64,000 nucleotides of DNA. Source: Malacoraja senta (lineage: Eukaryota). The translations under genes and the position numbers were made by a program. Shown here piece by piece: positions 38,651 through 52,140 of the stretch (position 1 is the first letter of the stretch; the number at the start of each line of letters is the position of its first letter). A model generated the notes under the pieces. It was not told the origin of the DNA, did no database searches, and saw only the letters and a program-made list of their open reading frames with translations. The stretch is taken from the NCBI GenBank assembly GCA_038087875.1, contig JAXLNO010000186.1, forward strand, positions 1-64,000. The letters run 5' to 3'.

Positions 38651-41046
38651 TCATGCCATTAACTGTATACTCTCCCCTTACATTAAACCTTTCAAAGTGC
38701 ATCATATCACACTCCATCTGCCGTTTCTCTGCCCCTTTCTGCAGTTGGTCTATTTTCTGCTATCTTCCGACAGCATTTCTTGCTGTCTGTAACTCCTAAT
38801 TTTGGTGTCATTTGCAAACTTACTCACCAATCCTTCTACATTTACGTCCAGGTCATATATATATAATACATAATCTCTCCAACTGGCCCAAGCCCATTCC
38901 TGAATTTTAATCCCTGTGCAATTGACAATGCCTTTAGCAGTTATTTGGAACTTTCTCCATCTATGTGTCTCTCCTCCTCCACAACTACAATGGGGAAAAA
39001 CATTCGGAACATCTTCCCCATCTAGTTTAGTCTAGTTTCTTGTCACGTGTACCAAAAAGCTTTTGTTGTTGCGTGCTATCCATGATTACAATCAAGCCGT
39101 CCACAGAGGAACTGCAGAGGCTGGTTTAAACCGAAGATGGATACAAAAAGCTGGAGTAACTCAGCGGGTCAGGAAGCATCAATCTGAAGAAGGGTCTCGA
39201 CCCCAAACTTCACCTATTCCTTTTCTGATCTGAAGAGGGGTTTCTCCCTAAAACGTCAAGTATTCCTTTTCTCCAGGTCTGAAGAAGGGTCTTGACCCGA
39301 AATGTCACCTATTCCATTTTTCCAGAGATGCTGTCTAACCTGCTGAGTTCCTCTGGATTTCTGTGTCTAAGCCATCCACAGTGTACAGATGCAGGATAAA
39401 GGGAATAATGTTTAGCATCAGATAAAGTCCAGTAAAGTCCAATTAAAGATAGTGCGAGGGTCTCCATTCTATGCCTCTCATCAACAGATATACCTCTTTC
39501 AGATCACCCTCAGACACTCTTGCCTCCTTAAACCCCATTATAAGACATTCCTTGAAACCCACCATCTCCACCCAAGTTATAGGTCATCTCCAGAATCCCT
39601 GCAAAGGCAGTTCACATCAATTACTTTGATAATGTACCTGAATGCGGGAGATATTTTTAGTGCGTTAGAAGAACTACGTAAATAAAACTTGTTACTGTTG
39701 GGGAAATGACTAGTGATATTGTGGAAGAAAACATTAATATCCTTTCTTACTTAATTTTGATTGGAATTGAACAAGGTAACGAAAGGGTGTTTGGATGTGA
39801 CAATTGGCATCTCCCGTTGACCAGGTTGTCAGAGTTCAGATGCTGGATTGATATCTCAGTGGGGGAGTGTGATATTATCCCATAGAATCACACCGGCTCT
39901 TCCACCTACATTGTCGTCAATGACCGTCAAGCACCCATCTTGTTATGTTCTATGTATAGGGACAGCACGGTGGCGCAGCGGTAGAGTTGCGGCTTTACAG
40001 CGCCAGAGACCGGGTTTCATCCTGACTACGGGCGCTGTCTGTACGGAGTTTGTACGTTCTCCCCGTGGGTTTTCTTTGAGAGCTGCGGTTTCCTCCCACA
40101 CTCTAAAGATGTGCAGGATTATAGGCTAATGGGCTTGGTAGAATTGAAAGTTGTCCCTAATGTGTGTAGAGTAGATTAGTGTTGATGTGCAGGGATTGCT
40201 GGTCGGCCTGGACTCGGTGGGCCGAAGGGCCTGTTTCCACGCTGTATGTCCAAACTAAACTGCGGATTCTAGTTTGTACCAAACATAATCACAAAAAGCT
40301 GGAGTAACTCAGCGGGTCAGACAACATCTCTGGAGACTTTTCTGGTCGAGACCTTTCTTCAGACCAGCCGGGAAGGAACCAAAACGTCACCTATTCCTTT
40401 TCTGCAGATATGATGCTTAATCCACTGAGTTACTCCAGCTTGCTGTGTCTATCTTTGTTGCTATGTATTATGTTATCTTGAACCAATTCTGCACAAATCC
40501 GATTTCATTGCAGCCTACAGCTTTAAGTCCCACCGATATGCCTTGGTGCCTCAGGTAACATTCTCTCACGGTCAAAGAGGCGGAGTTCTTATAAGCTTGG
40601 CATGGTGGAGCAGCGGTAGAATTGCTGCCTTACAGCTTGCAGCGCCGGAGACCCGGCTTTGATCCTGACTACAAGTGCTGTCTGTACGGAGTTTTTACGT
40701 TCTCCCCACGACCTGCATGGGTTTTCTCCGAGATCTTCGGTTTCCTTACACTCTAAAGATGTACAGATATGTAGGATAATTGGGTTAGTGTATGTGTGAA
40801 TTGTCCCTAGTGTGTGTAGGATAGTGTTAACGTGTGGGGATCGCTGGTCAGCGTGGACTCGGTGGGCCAAAGGGCCTGTTTCTGCACTGTATCTCTGAAG
40901 TGAAATATTCAATAGCCCAGCGTCTACAGAAGTAGTATAATGCTCTCTGAAAATGTGTAGAGGTGGGACCACACACACACACGACAATCTGAAGCAGCGG
41001 CAGATAAAAAAACTCCACCTGGCTGGTGTGTGTGTTCTGTTTTTAC

Positions 41047-41155
41047 CTGCGGCACTGTGTGGTTATGCGATTCATTCATCTCTTTCACCACAAACTTGTC
41101 TCCATCTGCAGAAAGATGGACTTTAATCATACACGGACACTTCATCTTGTTGGTT
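41047..41155 (-). CDS. ZSWIM3-like: ZSWIM3-like coding exon 2, copy C
   Basis: Acceptor gtctttttcag|A, donor CAG|gtaaaa, 109 nt. (R)TNKMKCPCMIKVHLSADGDKFVVKEMNESHNHTVPQ contains the CP...HNH half of the Zn motif. Confidence 0.78.
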
Positions 41156-41214
41156 CTGAAAAAGACAGTGGGAGGTAGTGTGTAAGCAGCAGTCGATAGA
41201 CACAAAATGCTGGA

Positions 41215-42484
41215 TCTGTCTTCACTAAGGAAAACACGAACAATCTCCCAGATCTACTGGAGGACAGAGGATCTAAGGGAGTCGAGGAACTGAAAGAAAT
41301 TTTCATTAGGCGAGAAATAGTATTGGGTAGGCTAATGGGACTGAAGGATGATAAATCCCCTGGGCCAGATGGTCTGCATCCCAGGGTCCTCAGGGAGGTG
41401 GCTCTAGAAATAATGGACGCATTGGTGATCATTTTCCAATGTTCAATAGATTCAGGATCAGTTCCTGTGGATTGGAGGATAGCTAATGTTATCCCACTTT
41501 TCAAGAAAGGAGCGAGAGAGAAAACGGGGAATTACAGACCAGTTAGCCTGACTTCGGTGGTGGGAAAGATGCTGTAGTCAATTATTAAGGAGGTAATAAT
41601 GGGGCATTTGGATAGCAGTAAAATGATTAGTCGAAGTCAACATGGATTTATGAAAGGGAAATCATGCTTGACTAATCTTCTGTAATTTTTTGAGGATGTG
41701 ACAAGTAAAATGGGTGAAGGGGTGTGAGTGGATGTAGTGTATCTAGACTTTCAGAAAGCCTTTGATAAGGTCCCACACGGGAGACTTGTGACTAAAATTA
41801 GAGCAGATGGTATTGGGGGTAGGGTGTTGACATGGATAGAAAATTGGTTGGCAGATCAGAATGGCAGGCCGTGGCGAGTGGAGTGCCGCAAGGCTCGGTG
41901 TTGGGGCCGCAACTGTTTACCATATATATTAATGATTTGAAAGAGGGAATTAGGAGCAACACTAGCAAGTTTGCGGATGACACAAAACTGGGTGGCAGTG
42001 TGAGCTGTGAAGAGGATGTTAGGAGGTTGCAGGGTGACCTGGACAGGTTGAGTGAGTGGGCAGATGCGTGGCAGATGCAGTATAATATAGATAAATGTGA
42101 GGTTATCTAATTTGGCGGCAAAAACGGGGCAGATTATTATCTCAATGGGGTTGGGTTAGGTAAGGGGGAGGTGCAGCGAGACCTGGGCGTCGTTGTACAC
42201 CGGCCACTGAAAGTTGGCTTACAGGTACAGCAGGCAGTGAAGAAAACTAATGGAATGTTGGCCTTCATAACAAGAGGATTTCAGTATAGGATTAAAGAGG
42301 TTCTTCTGCAGTTGTATAGGGCTCTGGTGAGACCACATCTGGAGTATTGTGTACAGTTTTGGTCTCCTAATTTGAGGAAGGCCATCCTTGTGATTGAGGC
42401 AGTGCAGCGTAGGTTCACGAGATTGATCCCTGGGATGGCGGGACTGTCATATGAGGTAAGATTGAAAAGACTAGGCTTGTGGTC
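41215..42484 (+). mobile_element. Degenerate CR1 RT fragment within the repeat unit (also at about 45013-46279 and 48808-50465; the last keeps its 3' end)
   Basis: KSPGPDG, YLDFQKAFDKV, GVPQGSVLGP, FADD with stops; truncated at the duplication junctions. Confidence 0.9.
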
Positions 42485-44844
42485 ACCTTTCAAAGTGCAT
42501 CATATCACACTCCATCTGCCGTTTCTCTGCCCCTTTCTGCAGTTGGTCTATTTTCTGCTATCTTCCGACAGCATTTCTTGCTGTCTGTAACTCCTAATTT
42601 TGGTGTCATTTGCAAACTTACTCACCAATCCTTCTACATTTACGTCCAGGTCATATATATATAATACATAATCTCTCCAACTGGCCCAAGCCCATTCCTG
42701 AATTTTAATCCCTGTGCAATTGACAATGCCTTTAGCAGTTATTTGGAACTTTCTCCATCTATGTGTCTCTCCTCCTCCACAACTACAATGGGGAAAAACA
42801 TTCGGAACATCTTCCCCATCTAGTTTAGTCTAGTTTCTTGTCACGTGTACCAAAAAGCTTTTGTTGTTGCGTGCTATCCATGATTACAATCAAGCCGTCC
42901 ACAGAGGAACTGCAGAGGCTGGTTTAAACCGAAGATGGATACAAAAAGCTGGAGTAACTCAGCGGGTCAGGAAGCATCAATCTGAAGAAGGGTCTCGACC
43001 CCAAACTTCACCTATTCCTTTTCTGATCTGAAGAGGGGTTTCTCCCTAAAACGTCAAGTATTCCTTTTCTCCAGGTCTGAAGAAGGGTCTTGACCCGAAA
43101 TGTCACCTATTCCATTTCTCCAGAGATGCTGTCTAACCTGCTGAGTTCCTCTGGATTTCTGTGTCTAAGCCATCCACAGTGTACAGATGCAGGATAAAGG
43201 GAATAATGTTTAGCATCAGCTAAAGTCCAGTAAAGTCCAATTAAAGATAGTGCGAGGGTCTCCATTCTATGCCTCTCATCAACAGATATACCTCTTTCAG
43301 ATCACCCTCAGACACTCTTGCCTCCTTAAACCCCATTATAAGACATTCCTTGAAACCCACCATCTCCACCCAAGTTATAGGTCATCTCCAGAATCCCTGC
43401 GAAGGCAGTTCACATCAATTACTTTGATAATGTACCTGAATGCGGGAGATATTTTTAGTGCGTTAGAAGAACTACGTAAATAAAACTTGTTACTGTTGGG
43501 GAAATGACTAGTGATATTGTGGAAGAAAACATTAATATCCTTTCTTACTTAATTTTGATTGGAATTGAACAAGGTAACGAAAGGGTGTTTGGATGTGACA
43601 ATTGGCATCTCCCGTTGACCAGGTTGTCAGAGTTCAGATGCTGGATTGATATCTCAGTGGGGGAGTGTGATATTATCCCATAGAATCACACCGGCTCTTC
43701 CACCTACATTGTCGTCAATGACCGTCAAGCACCCATCTTGTTATGTTCTATGTATAGGGACAGCACGGTGGCGCAGCGGTAGAGTTGCGGCTTTACAGCG
43801 CCAGAGACCGGGTTTCATCCTGACTACGGGCGCTGTCTGTACGGAGTTTGTACGTTCTCCCCGTGGGTTTTCTTTGAGAGCTGCGGTTTCCTCCCACACT
43901 CTAAAGATGTGCAGGATTATAGGCTAATGGGCTTGGTAGAATTGAAAGTTGTCCCTAATGTGTGTAGAGTAGATTAGTGTTGATGTGCAGGGATTGCTGG
44001 TCGGCCTGGACTCGGTGGGCCGAAGGGCCTGTTTCCACGCTGTATGTCCAAACTAAACTGCGGATTCTAGTTTGTACCAAACATAATCACAAAAAGCTGG
44101 AGTAACTCAGCGGGTCAGACAACATCTCTGGAGACTTTTCTGGTCGAGACCTTTCTTCAGACCAGCCGGGAAGGAACCAAAACGTCACCTATTCCTTTTC
44201 TGTAGATATGATGCTTAACCCACTGAGTTACTCCAGCTTGCTGTGTCTATCTTTGTTGCTATGTATTATGTTATCTTGAACCAATTCTGCACAAATCCGA
44301 TTTCATTGCAGCCTACAGCTTTAAGTCCCACCGATATGCCTTGGTGCCTCAGGTAACATTCTCTCACGGTCAAAGAGGCGGAGTTCTTATAAGCTTGGCA
44401 CGGTGGAGCAGCGGTAGAATTGCTGCCTTACAGCTTGCAGCGCCGGAGACCCGGCTTTGATCCTGACTACAAGTGCTGTCTGTACGGAGTTTTTACGTTC
44501 TCCCCACGACCTGCATGGGTTTTCTCCGAGATCTTCGGTTTCCTTACACTCTAAAGATGTACAGATATGTAGGATAATTGGGTTAGTGTATGTGTGAATT
44601 GTCCCTAGTGTGTGTAGGATAGTGTTAACGTGTGGGGATCGCTGGTCGGCGTGGACTCGGTGGGCCAAAGGGCCTGTTTCTGCACTGTATCTCTGAAGTG
44701 AAATATTCAATAGCCCAGCGTCTACAGAAGTAGTATAATGCTCTCTGAAAATGTGTAGAGGTGGGACCACACACACACACGACAATCTGAAGCAGCGGCA
44801 GATACAAAAACTCCACCTGGCTGGTGTGTGTGTTCTGTTTTTAC

Positions 44845-44953
44845 CTGCGGCACTGTGTGGTTATGCGATTCATTCATCTCTTTCACCACAAACTTGTCTC
44901 CATCTGCAGAAAGATGGACTTTAATCATACACGGACACTTCATCTTGTTGGTT
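44845..44953 (-). CDS. ZSWIM3-like: ZSWIM3-like coding exon 2, copy B
   Basis: Same exon and splice sites as 41047-41155. Confidence 0.78.
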
Positions 44954-47900
44954 CTGAAAAAGACAGTGGGAGGTAGTGTGTAAGCAGCAGTCGATAGACA
45001 CAAAATGCTGGATCTGTCTTCACTAAGGAAAACACGAACAATCTCCCAGATCTACTGGAGGACAGAGGATCTAAGGGAGTCGAGGAACTGAAAGAAATTT
45101 TCATTAGGCGAGAAATAGTATTGGGTAGGCTAATGGGACTGAAGGATGATAAATCCCCTGGGCCAGATGGTCTGCATCCCAGGGTCCTCAGGGAGGTGGC
45201 TCTAGAAATAATGGACGCATTGGTGATCATTTTCCAATGTTCAATAGATTCAGGATCAGTTCCTGTGGATTGGAGGATAGCTAATGTTATCCCACTTTTC
45301 AAGAAAGGAGCGAGAGAGAAAACGGGGAATTACAGACCAGTTAGCCTGACTTCGGTGGTGGGAAAGATGCTATAGTCAATTATTAAGGAGGTAATAATGG
45401 GGCATTTGGATAGCAGTAAAATGATTAGTCGAAGTCAACATGGATTTATGAAAGGGAAATCATGCTTGACTAATCTGTAATTTTTTGAGGATGTGACAAG
45501 TAAAATGGGTGAAGGGGTGCGAGTGGATGTAGTGTATCTAGACTTTCAGAAAGCCTTTGATAAGGTCCCACACGGGAGACTTGTGACTAAAATTAGAGCA
45601 GATGGTATTGGGGGTAGGGTGTTGACATGGATAGAAAATTGGTTGGCAGATCAGAATGGCAGGCCGTGGCGAGTGGAGTGCCGCAAGGCTCGGTGTTGGG
45701 GCCGCAACTGTTTACCATATATATTAATGATTTGAAAGAGGGAATTAGGAGCAACACTAGCAAGTTTGCGGATGACACAAAACTGGGTGGCAGTGTGAGC
45801 TGTGAAGAGGATGTTAGGAGGTTGCAGGGTGACCTGGACAGGTTGAGTGAGTGGGCAGATGCGTGGCAGATGCAGTATAATATAGATAAATGTGAGGTTA
45901 TCTAATTTGGCGGCAAAAACGGGGCAGATTATTATCTCAATGGGGTTGGGTTAGGTAAGGGGGAGGTGCAGCGAGACCTGGGCGTCGTTGTACACCGGCC
46001 ACTGAAAGTTGGCTTACAGGTACAGCAGGCAGTGAAGAAAACTAATGGAATGTTGGCCTTCATAACAAGAGGATTTCAGTATAGGATTAAAGAGGTTCTT
46101 CTGCAGTTGTATAGGGCTCTGGTGAGACCACATCTGGAGTATTGTGTACAGTTTTGGTCTCCTAATTTGAGGAAGGCCATCCTTGTGATTGAGGCAGTGC
46201 AGCGTAGGTTCACGAGATTGATCCCTGGGATGGCGGGACTGTCATATGAGGTAAGATTGAAAAGACTAGGCTTGTGGTCACCTTTCAAAGTGCATCATAT
46301 CACACTCCATCTGCCGTTTCTCTGCCCCTTTCTGCAGTTGGTCTATTTTCTGCTATCTTCCGACAGCATTTCTTGCTGTCTGTAACTCCTAATTTTGGTG
46401 TCATTTGCAAACTTACTCACCAATCCTTCTACATTTACGTCCAGGTCATATATATATAATACATAATCTCTCCAACTGGCCCAAGCCCATTCCTGAATTT
46501 TAATCCCTGTGCAATTGACAATGCCTTTAGCAGTTATTTGGAACTTTCTCCATCTATGTGTCTCTCCTCCTCCACAACTACAATGGGGAAAAACATTCGG
46601 AACATCTTCCCCATCTAGTTTAGTCTAGTTTCTTGTCACGTGTACCAAAAAGCTTTTGTTGTTGCGTGCTATCCATGATTACAATCAAGCCGTCCACAGA
46701 GGAACTGCAGAGGCTGGTTTAAACCGAAGATGGATACAAAAAGCTGGAGTAACTCAGCGGGTCAGGAAGCATCAATCTGAAGAAGGGTCTCGACCCCAAA
46801 CTTCACCTATTCCTTTTCTGATCTGAAGAGGGGTTTCTCCCTAAAACGTCAAGTATTCCTTTTCTCCAGGTCTGAAGAAGGGTCTTGACCCGAAATGTCA
46901 CCTATTCCATTTCTCCAGAGATGCTGTCTAACCTGCTGAGTTCCTCTGGATTTCTGTGTCTAAGCCATCCACAGTGTACAGATGCAGGATAAAGGGAATA
47001 ATGTTTAGCATCAGATAAAGTCCAGTAAAGTCCAATTAAAGATAGTACGAGGGTCTCCATTCTATGCCTCTCATCAACAGATATACCTCTTTCAGATCAC
47101 CCTCAGACACTCTTGCCTCCTTAAACCCCATTATAAGACATTCCTTGAAACCCACCATCTCCACCCAAGTTATAGGTCATCTCCAGAATCCCTGCGAAGG
47201 CAGTTCACATCAATTACTTTGATAATGTACCTGAATGCGGGAGATATTTTTAGTGCGTTAGAAGAACTACGTAAATAAAACTTGTTACTGTTGGGGAAAT
47301 GACTAGTGATATTGTGGAAGAAAACATTAATATCCTTTCTTACTTAATTTTGATTGGAATTGAACAAGGTAACGAAAGGGTGTTTGGATGTGACAATTGG
47401 CATCTCCCGTTGACCAGGTTGTCAGAGTTCAGATGCTGGATTGATATCTCAGTGGGGGAGTGTGATATTATCCCATAGAATCACACCGGCTCTTCCACCT
47501 ACATTGTCGTCAATGACCGTCAAGCACCCATCTTGTTATGTTCTATGTATAGGGACAGCACGGTGGTGCAGCGGTAGAGTTGCGGCTTTACAGCGCCAGA
47601 GACCGGGTTTCATCCTGACTACGGGCGCTGTCTGTACGGAGTTTGTACGTTCTCCCCGTGGGTTTTCTTTGAGAGCTGCGGTTTCCTCCCACACTCTAAA
47701 GATGTGCAGGATTATAGGCTAATGGGCTTGGTAGAATTGAAAGTTGTCCCTAATGTGTGTAGAGTAGATTAGTGTTGATGTGCAGGGATTGCTGGTCGGC
47801 CTGGACTCGGTGGGCCGAAGGGCCTGTTTCCACGCTGTATGTCCAAACTAAACTGCGGATTCTAGTTTGTACCAAACATAATCACAAAAAGCTGGAGTAA

Positions 47901-48639
47901 CTCAGCGGGTCAGACAACATCTCTGGAGACTTTTCTGGTCGAGACCTTTCTTCAGACCAGCCGGGAAGGAACCAAAACGTCACCTATTCCTTTTCTGCAG
48001 ATATGATGCTTAACCCACTGAGTTACTCCAGCTTGCTGTGTCTATCTTTGTTGCTATGTATTATGTTATCTTGAACCAATTCTGCACAAATCCGATTTCA
48101 TTGCAGCCTACAGCTTTAAGTCCCACCGATATGCCTTGGTGCCTCAGGTAACATTCTCTCACGGTCAAAGAGGCGGAGTTCTTATAAGCTTGGCACGGTG
48201 GAGCAGCGGTAGAATTGCTGCCTTACAGCTTGCAGCGCCGGAGACCCGGCTTTGATCCTGACTACAAGTGCTGTCTGTACGGAGTTTTTACGTTCTCCCC
48301 ACGACCTGCATGGGTTTTCTCCGAGATCTTCGGTTTCCTTACACTCTAAAGATGTACAGATATGTAGGATAATTGGGTTAGTGTATGTGTGAATTGTCCC
48401 TAGTGTGTGTAGGATAGTGTTAACGTGTGGGGATCGCTGGTCGGCGTGGACTCGGTGGGCCAAAGGGCCTGTTTCTGCACTGTATCTCTGAAGTGAAATA
48501 TTCAATAGCCCAGCGTCTACAGAAGTAGTATAATGCTCTCTGAAAATGTGTAGAGGTGGGACCACACACACACACGACAATCTGAAGCAGCGGCAGATAC
48601 AAAAACTCCACCTGGCTGGTGTGTGTGTTCTGTTTTTAC

Positions 48640-48748
48640 CTGCGGCACTGTGTGGTTATGCGATTCATTCATCTCTTTCACCACAAACTTGTCTCCATCT
48701 GCAGAAAGATGGACTTTAATCATACACGGACACTTCATCTTGTTGGTT
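48640..48748 (-). CDS. ZSWIM3-like: ZSWIM3-like coding exon 2, copy A
   Basis: Same exon and splice sites as 41047-41155. Its phase-2 start matches the exon 1 donor AG|gtgagg. Confidence 0.78.
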
Positions 48749-51700
48749 CTGAAAAAGACAGTGGGAGGTAGTGTGTAAGCAGCAGTCGATAGACACAAAA
48801 TGCTGGATCTGTCTTCACTAAGGAAAACACGAACAATCTCCCAGATCTACTGGAGGACAGAGGATCTAAGGGAGTCGAGGAACTGAAAGAAATTTTCATT
48901 AGGCGAGAAATAGTATTGGGTAGGCTAATGGGACTGAAGGATGATAAATCCCCTGGGCCAGATGGTCTGCATCCCAGGGTCCTCAGGGAGGTGGCTCTAG
49001 AAATAATGGACGCATTGGTGATCATTTTCCAATGTTCAATAGATTCAGGATCAGTTCCTGTGGATTGGAGGATAGCTAATGTTATCCCACTTTTCAAGAA
49101 AGGAGCGAGAGAGAAAACGGGGAATTACAGACCAGTTAGCCTGACTTCGGTGGTGGGAAAGATGCTGTAGTCAATTATTAAGGAGGTAATAATGGGGCAT
49201 TTGGATAGCAGTAAAATGATTAGTCGAAGTCAACATGGATTTATGAAAGGGAAATCATGCTTGACTAATCTTCTGTAATTTTTTGAGGATGTGACAAGTA
49301 AAATGGGTGAAGGGGTGTGAGTGGATGTAGTGTATCTAGACTTTCAGAAAGCCTTTGATAAGGTCCCACACGGGAGACTTGTGACTAAAATTAGAGCAGA
49401 TGGTATTGGGGGTAGGGTGTTGACATGGATAGAAAATTGGTTGGCAGATCAGAATGGCAGGCCGTGGCGAGTGGAGTGCCGCAAGGCTCGGTGTTGGGGC
49501 CGCAACTGTTTACCATATATATTAATGATTTGAAAGAGGGAATTAGGAGCAACACTAGCAAGTTTGCGGATGACACAAAACTGGGTGGCAGTGTGAGCTG
49601 TGAAGAGGATGTTAGGAGGTTGCAGGGTGACCTGGACAGGTTGAGTGAGTGGGCAGATGCGTGGCAGATGCAGTATAATATAGATAAATGTGAGGTTATC
49701 TAATTTGGCGGCAAAAACGGGGCAGATTATTATCTCAATGGGGTTGGGTTAGGTAAGGGGGAGGTGCAGCGAGACCTGGGCGTCGTTGTACACCGGCCAC
49801 TGAAAGTTGGCTTACAGGTACAGCAGGCAGTGAAGAAAACTAATGGAATGTTGGCCTTCATAACAAGAGGATTTCAGTATAGGATTAAAGAGGTTCTTCT
49901 GCAGTTGTATAGGGCTCTGGTGAGACCACATCTGGAGTATTGTGTACAGTTTTGGTCTCCTAATTTGAGGAAGGCCATCCTTGTGATTGAGGCAGTGCAG
50001 CGTAGGTTCACGAGATTGATCCCTGGGATGGCGGGACTGTCATATGAGGTAAGATTGAAAAGACTAGGCTTGTGGTCACTGGAGTTTAGAAGGATGAGGG
50101 GGATCTTATAGAAACATATAAAATTATAAAAGGACTGGACAAGCTAGATGCAGGAAAAATGTTCCCAATGTTGGGTGAGTCCAGAACCAGGGGCCACAGT
50201 CTTAGAATAAAGGGGAGGCCATTTAAGACAGAGGTGAGAAAAAATTGTGAATTTATGGAATCCCTGCCACAGAGGGCAGTGGAGGCCAGGTTACTGGATG
50301 GATTTAAGATAGAGTTAGATATAGCTCTAGGGGCTAGTGGAGTCGAGGGATATGGGGAGAAGGCAGGCACGGTTTATTGATAGGGACGATCAGCCATGAT
50401 CACAATGAATGGCGGTGCTGGCTCGAAGGGCTGAATGGCCTCCTCCTGCACCTATGTTTCTATGTTAACTCAGCGGGTCCGGCATCATCTCTGGAGAAAA
50501 GGAATAGGTGATGCTTCAGATTGAGACCCTTCTTCAGTTTTGCTCAGTTTAGTTTATTGTCACCGAGTTACAGTGAAAAGCTTTTGTTGCATACTAACCA
50601 GTTAGTGGGAATACATGATTACAATTGAGCATTTACAGTGTATAGATACATGATAAGGGAATAACAAAGATAATCCGAGGGTCACCAATGAGGAAGATGG
50701 CAGTTCAGGACTGCTCTCTAGTTGTGGTAGGATGATTCAGGCCAGCAGTGTATAGCTATCTTTTACAATCATCACAGAATCCAACAGAAATATTAGATTT
50801 ACATTGGCCATCAAGCAGTGTAAGTGGGAAGACAAGATGGTGTGCTGAATGAATGCCCTTTGACTGATAATAAACTCCTTCACAAACTGGGGGGACTTGA
50901 AGCAACAGCTGCAATAAAATGTGATTCATGCAGAATTGGTGTAAGATAACATAGTACATAACAAAGGAGATGGACACAAAATACTGGAGTAACTCAGCGA
51001 GTCACGCAGCATCTCTGGAGAAAAGGAATAGGTGACATTTCGGGTTGGGAGCCTTTATCAGACTGAGAGTCACGGGAGAGGGAACTAGGGGATGAAGGGG
51101 TACAAAGAACAAATGAGTGAAAGTTATGAAAGAACAAATCAAAGCCAGCAGCAATGATAAAGGAAAGGTGGAGCCCACAATGGTCCATTGTTGGCCGTGG
51201 TGAAGATGATAACAAGTAGATGCAAACAGTGAAACTAAGCAAGACGACAGTGAAATTAATAGAACGATTAATCTAGAAATTAATAAACTAGAGGAAACTT
51301 CTATTTTCCCTCTCCCTTGACTCTTAGTCTGAAGACGGGTGTCAACCCGAAACGTCACCTATTATTTAAAAAAGAACCCAAGGGGTAACCTTTTCCGCAC
51401 ACTGCGGTGGGTAAATGAAACTAGACTCCAGTGGAGGTAGATGGGGCAGGTATTATAGCATTTAAAAGACATTTGGAAAGGTACATGGATAGGGAAGGTT
51501 CTGAGGGACAAGCGCCAAACGCGGGCAGGTGGGACCGGTGTACATGGGCCATCTCGATGAGCGTGTGCAAGTTGGGCCGAAGGGTCTATTTCTGTGTAGG
51601 ATGACTACCACTCTAGACAATCCCAGCAGGTTTGTGGGTTAATTTGCTTTTGTAAATTGCCCCTAGTGTGAAGAGAGTGGATGAGCAAGTGGGTTAACAT

Positions 51701-52140
51701 AGAACTAGTGTGAATGGATGATTGATGGTCAGTGTGGATTCGGTGGGCCGAGAGGCCTGTTACCATGCTGTAATTCTAAACAAAACTAACTTCCCAGCTC
51801 AACTTGTATAATTAAATTTAAAAGGATAAAACATCTTTAAATCAGAGTTTAGGAAATAGGAGCAGGGGTATTCCATGTTTCATGTTATCCCACTTAGTCA
51901 TCCACTCCCTACACATTCGGGACAATTTATAGAGGGCCAATTAACCAAGAAACCCGCACGTGTTTTGGATATTGGAGGAAACTGAAGCACACAGAAGAAA
52001 CACAGCTGGTCACAGAGAGGACGTGCAAACTCCACACACGGAGCACACCGGAGGTCAGGGTCGAACCGGGATCCCTGGCGTTGTGAGGCAGCGGCTCTAC
52101 TAGCTGCGCCCCTGTGCCGCCCCTGCAAGTATTTCCTCAC

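Larger units (their letters stand above)
38687..50079. repeat. Tandem triplication of a 3.8-kb unit (38687-42484, 42485-46279, 46280-50077)
   Basis: Identical ORFs recur at offsets 3798 and 3795. Junctions read ggcttgtggtc-AC-ctttcaaag at 42485 and 46280. Only a few SNPs and one 3-bp deletion distinguish the copies. Confidence 0.97.

Noticed and set aside
39553..39627. Exon-like minus-strand segment in the repeat unit (gcattcag|GTAC...ATG|gtgggt)
   Set aside because: Stop codons in all three frames, and exon 2 already joins exon 3 in phase.
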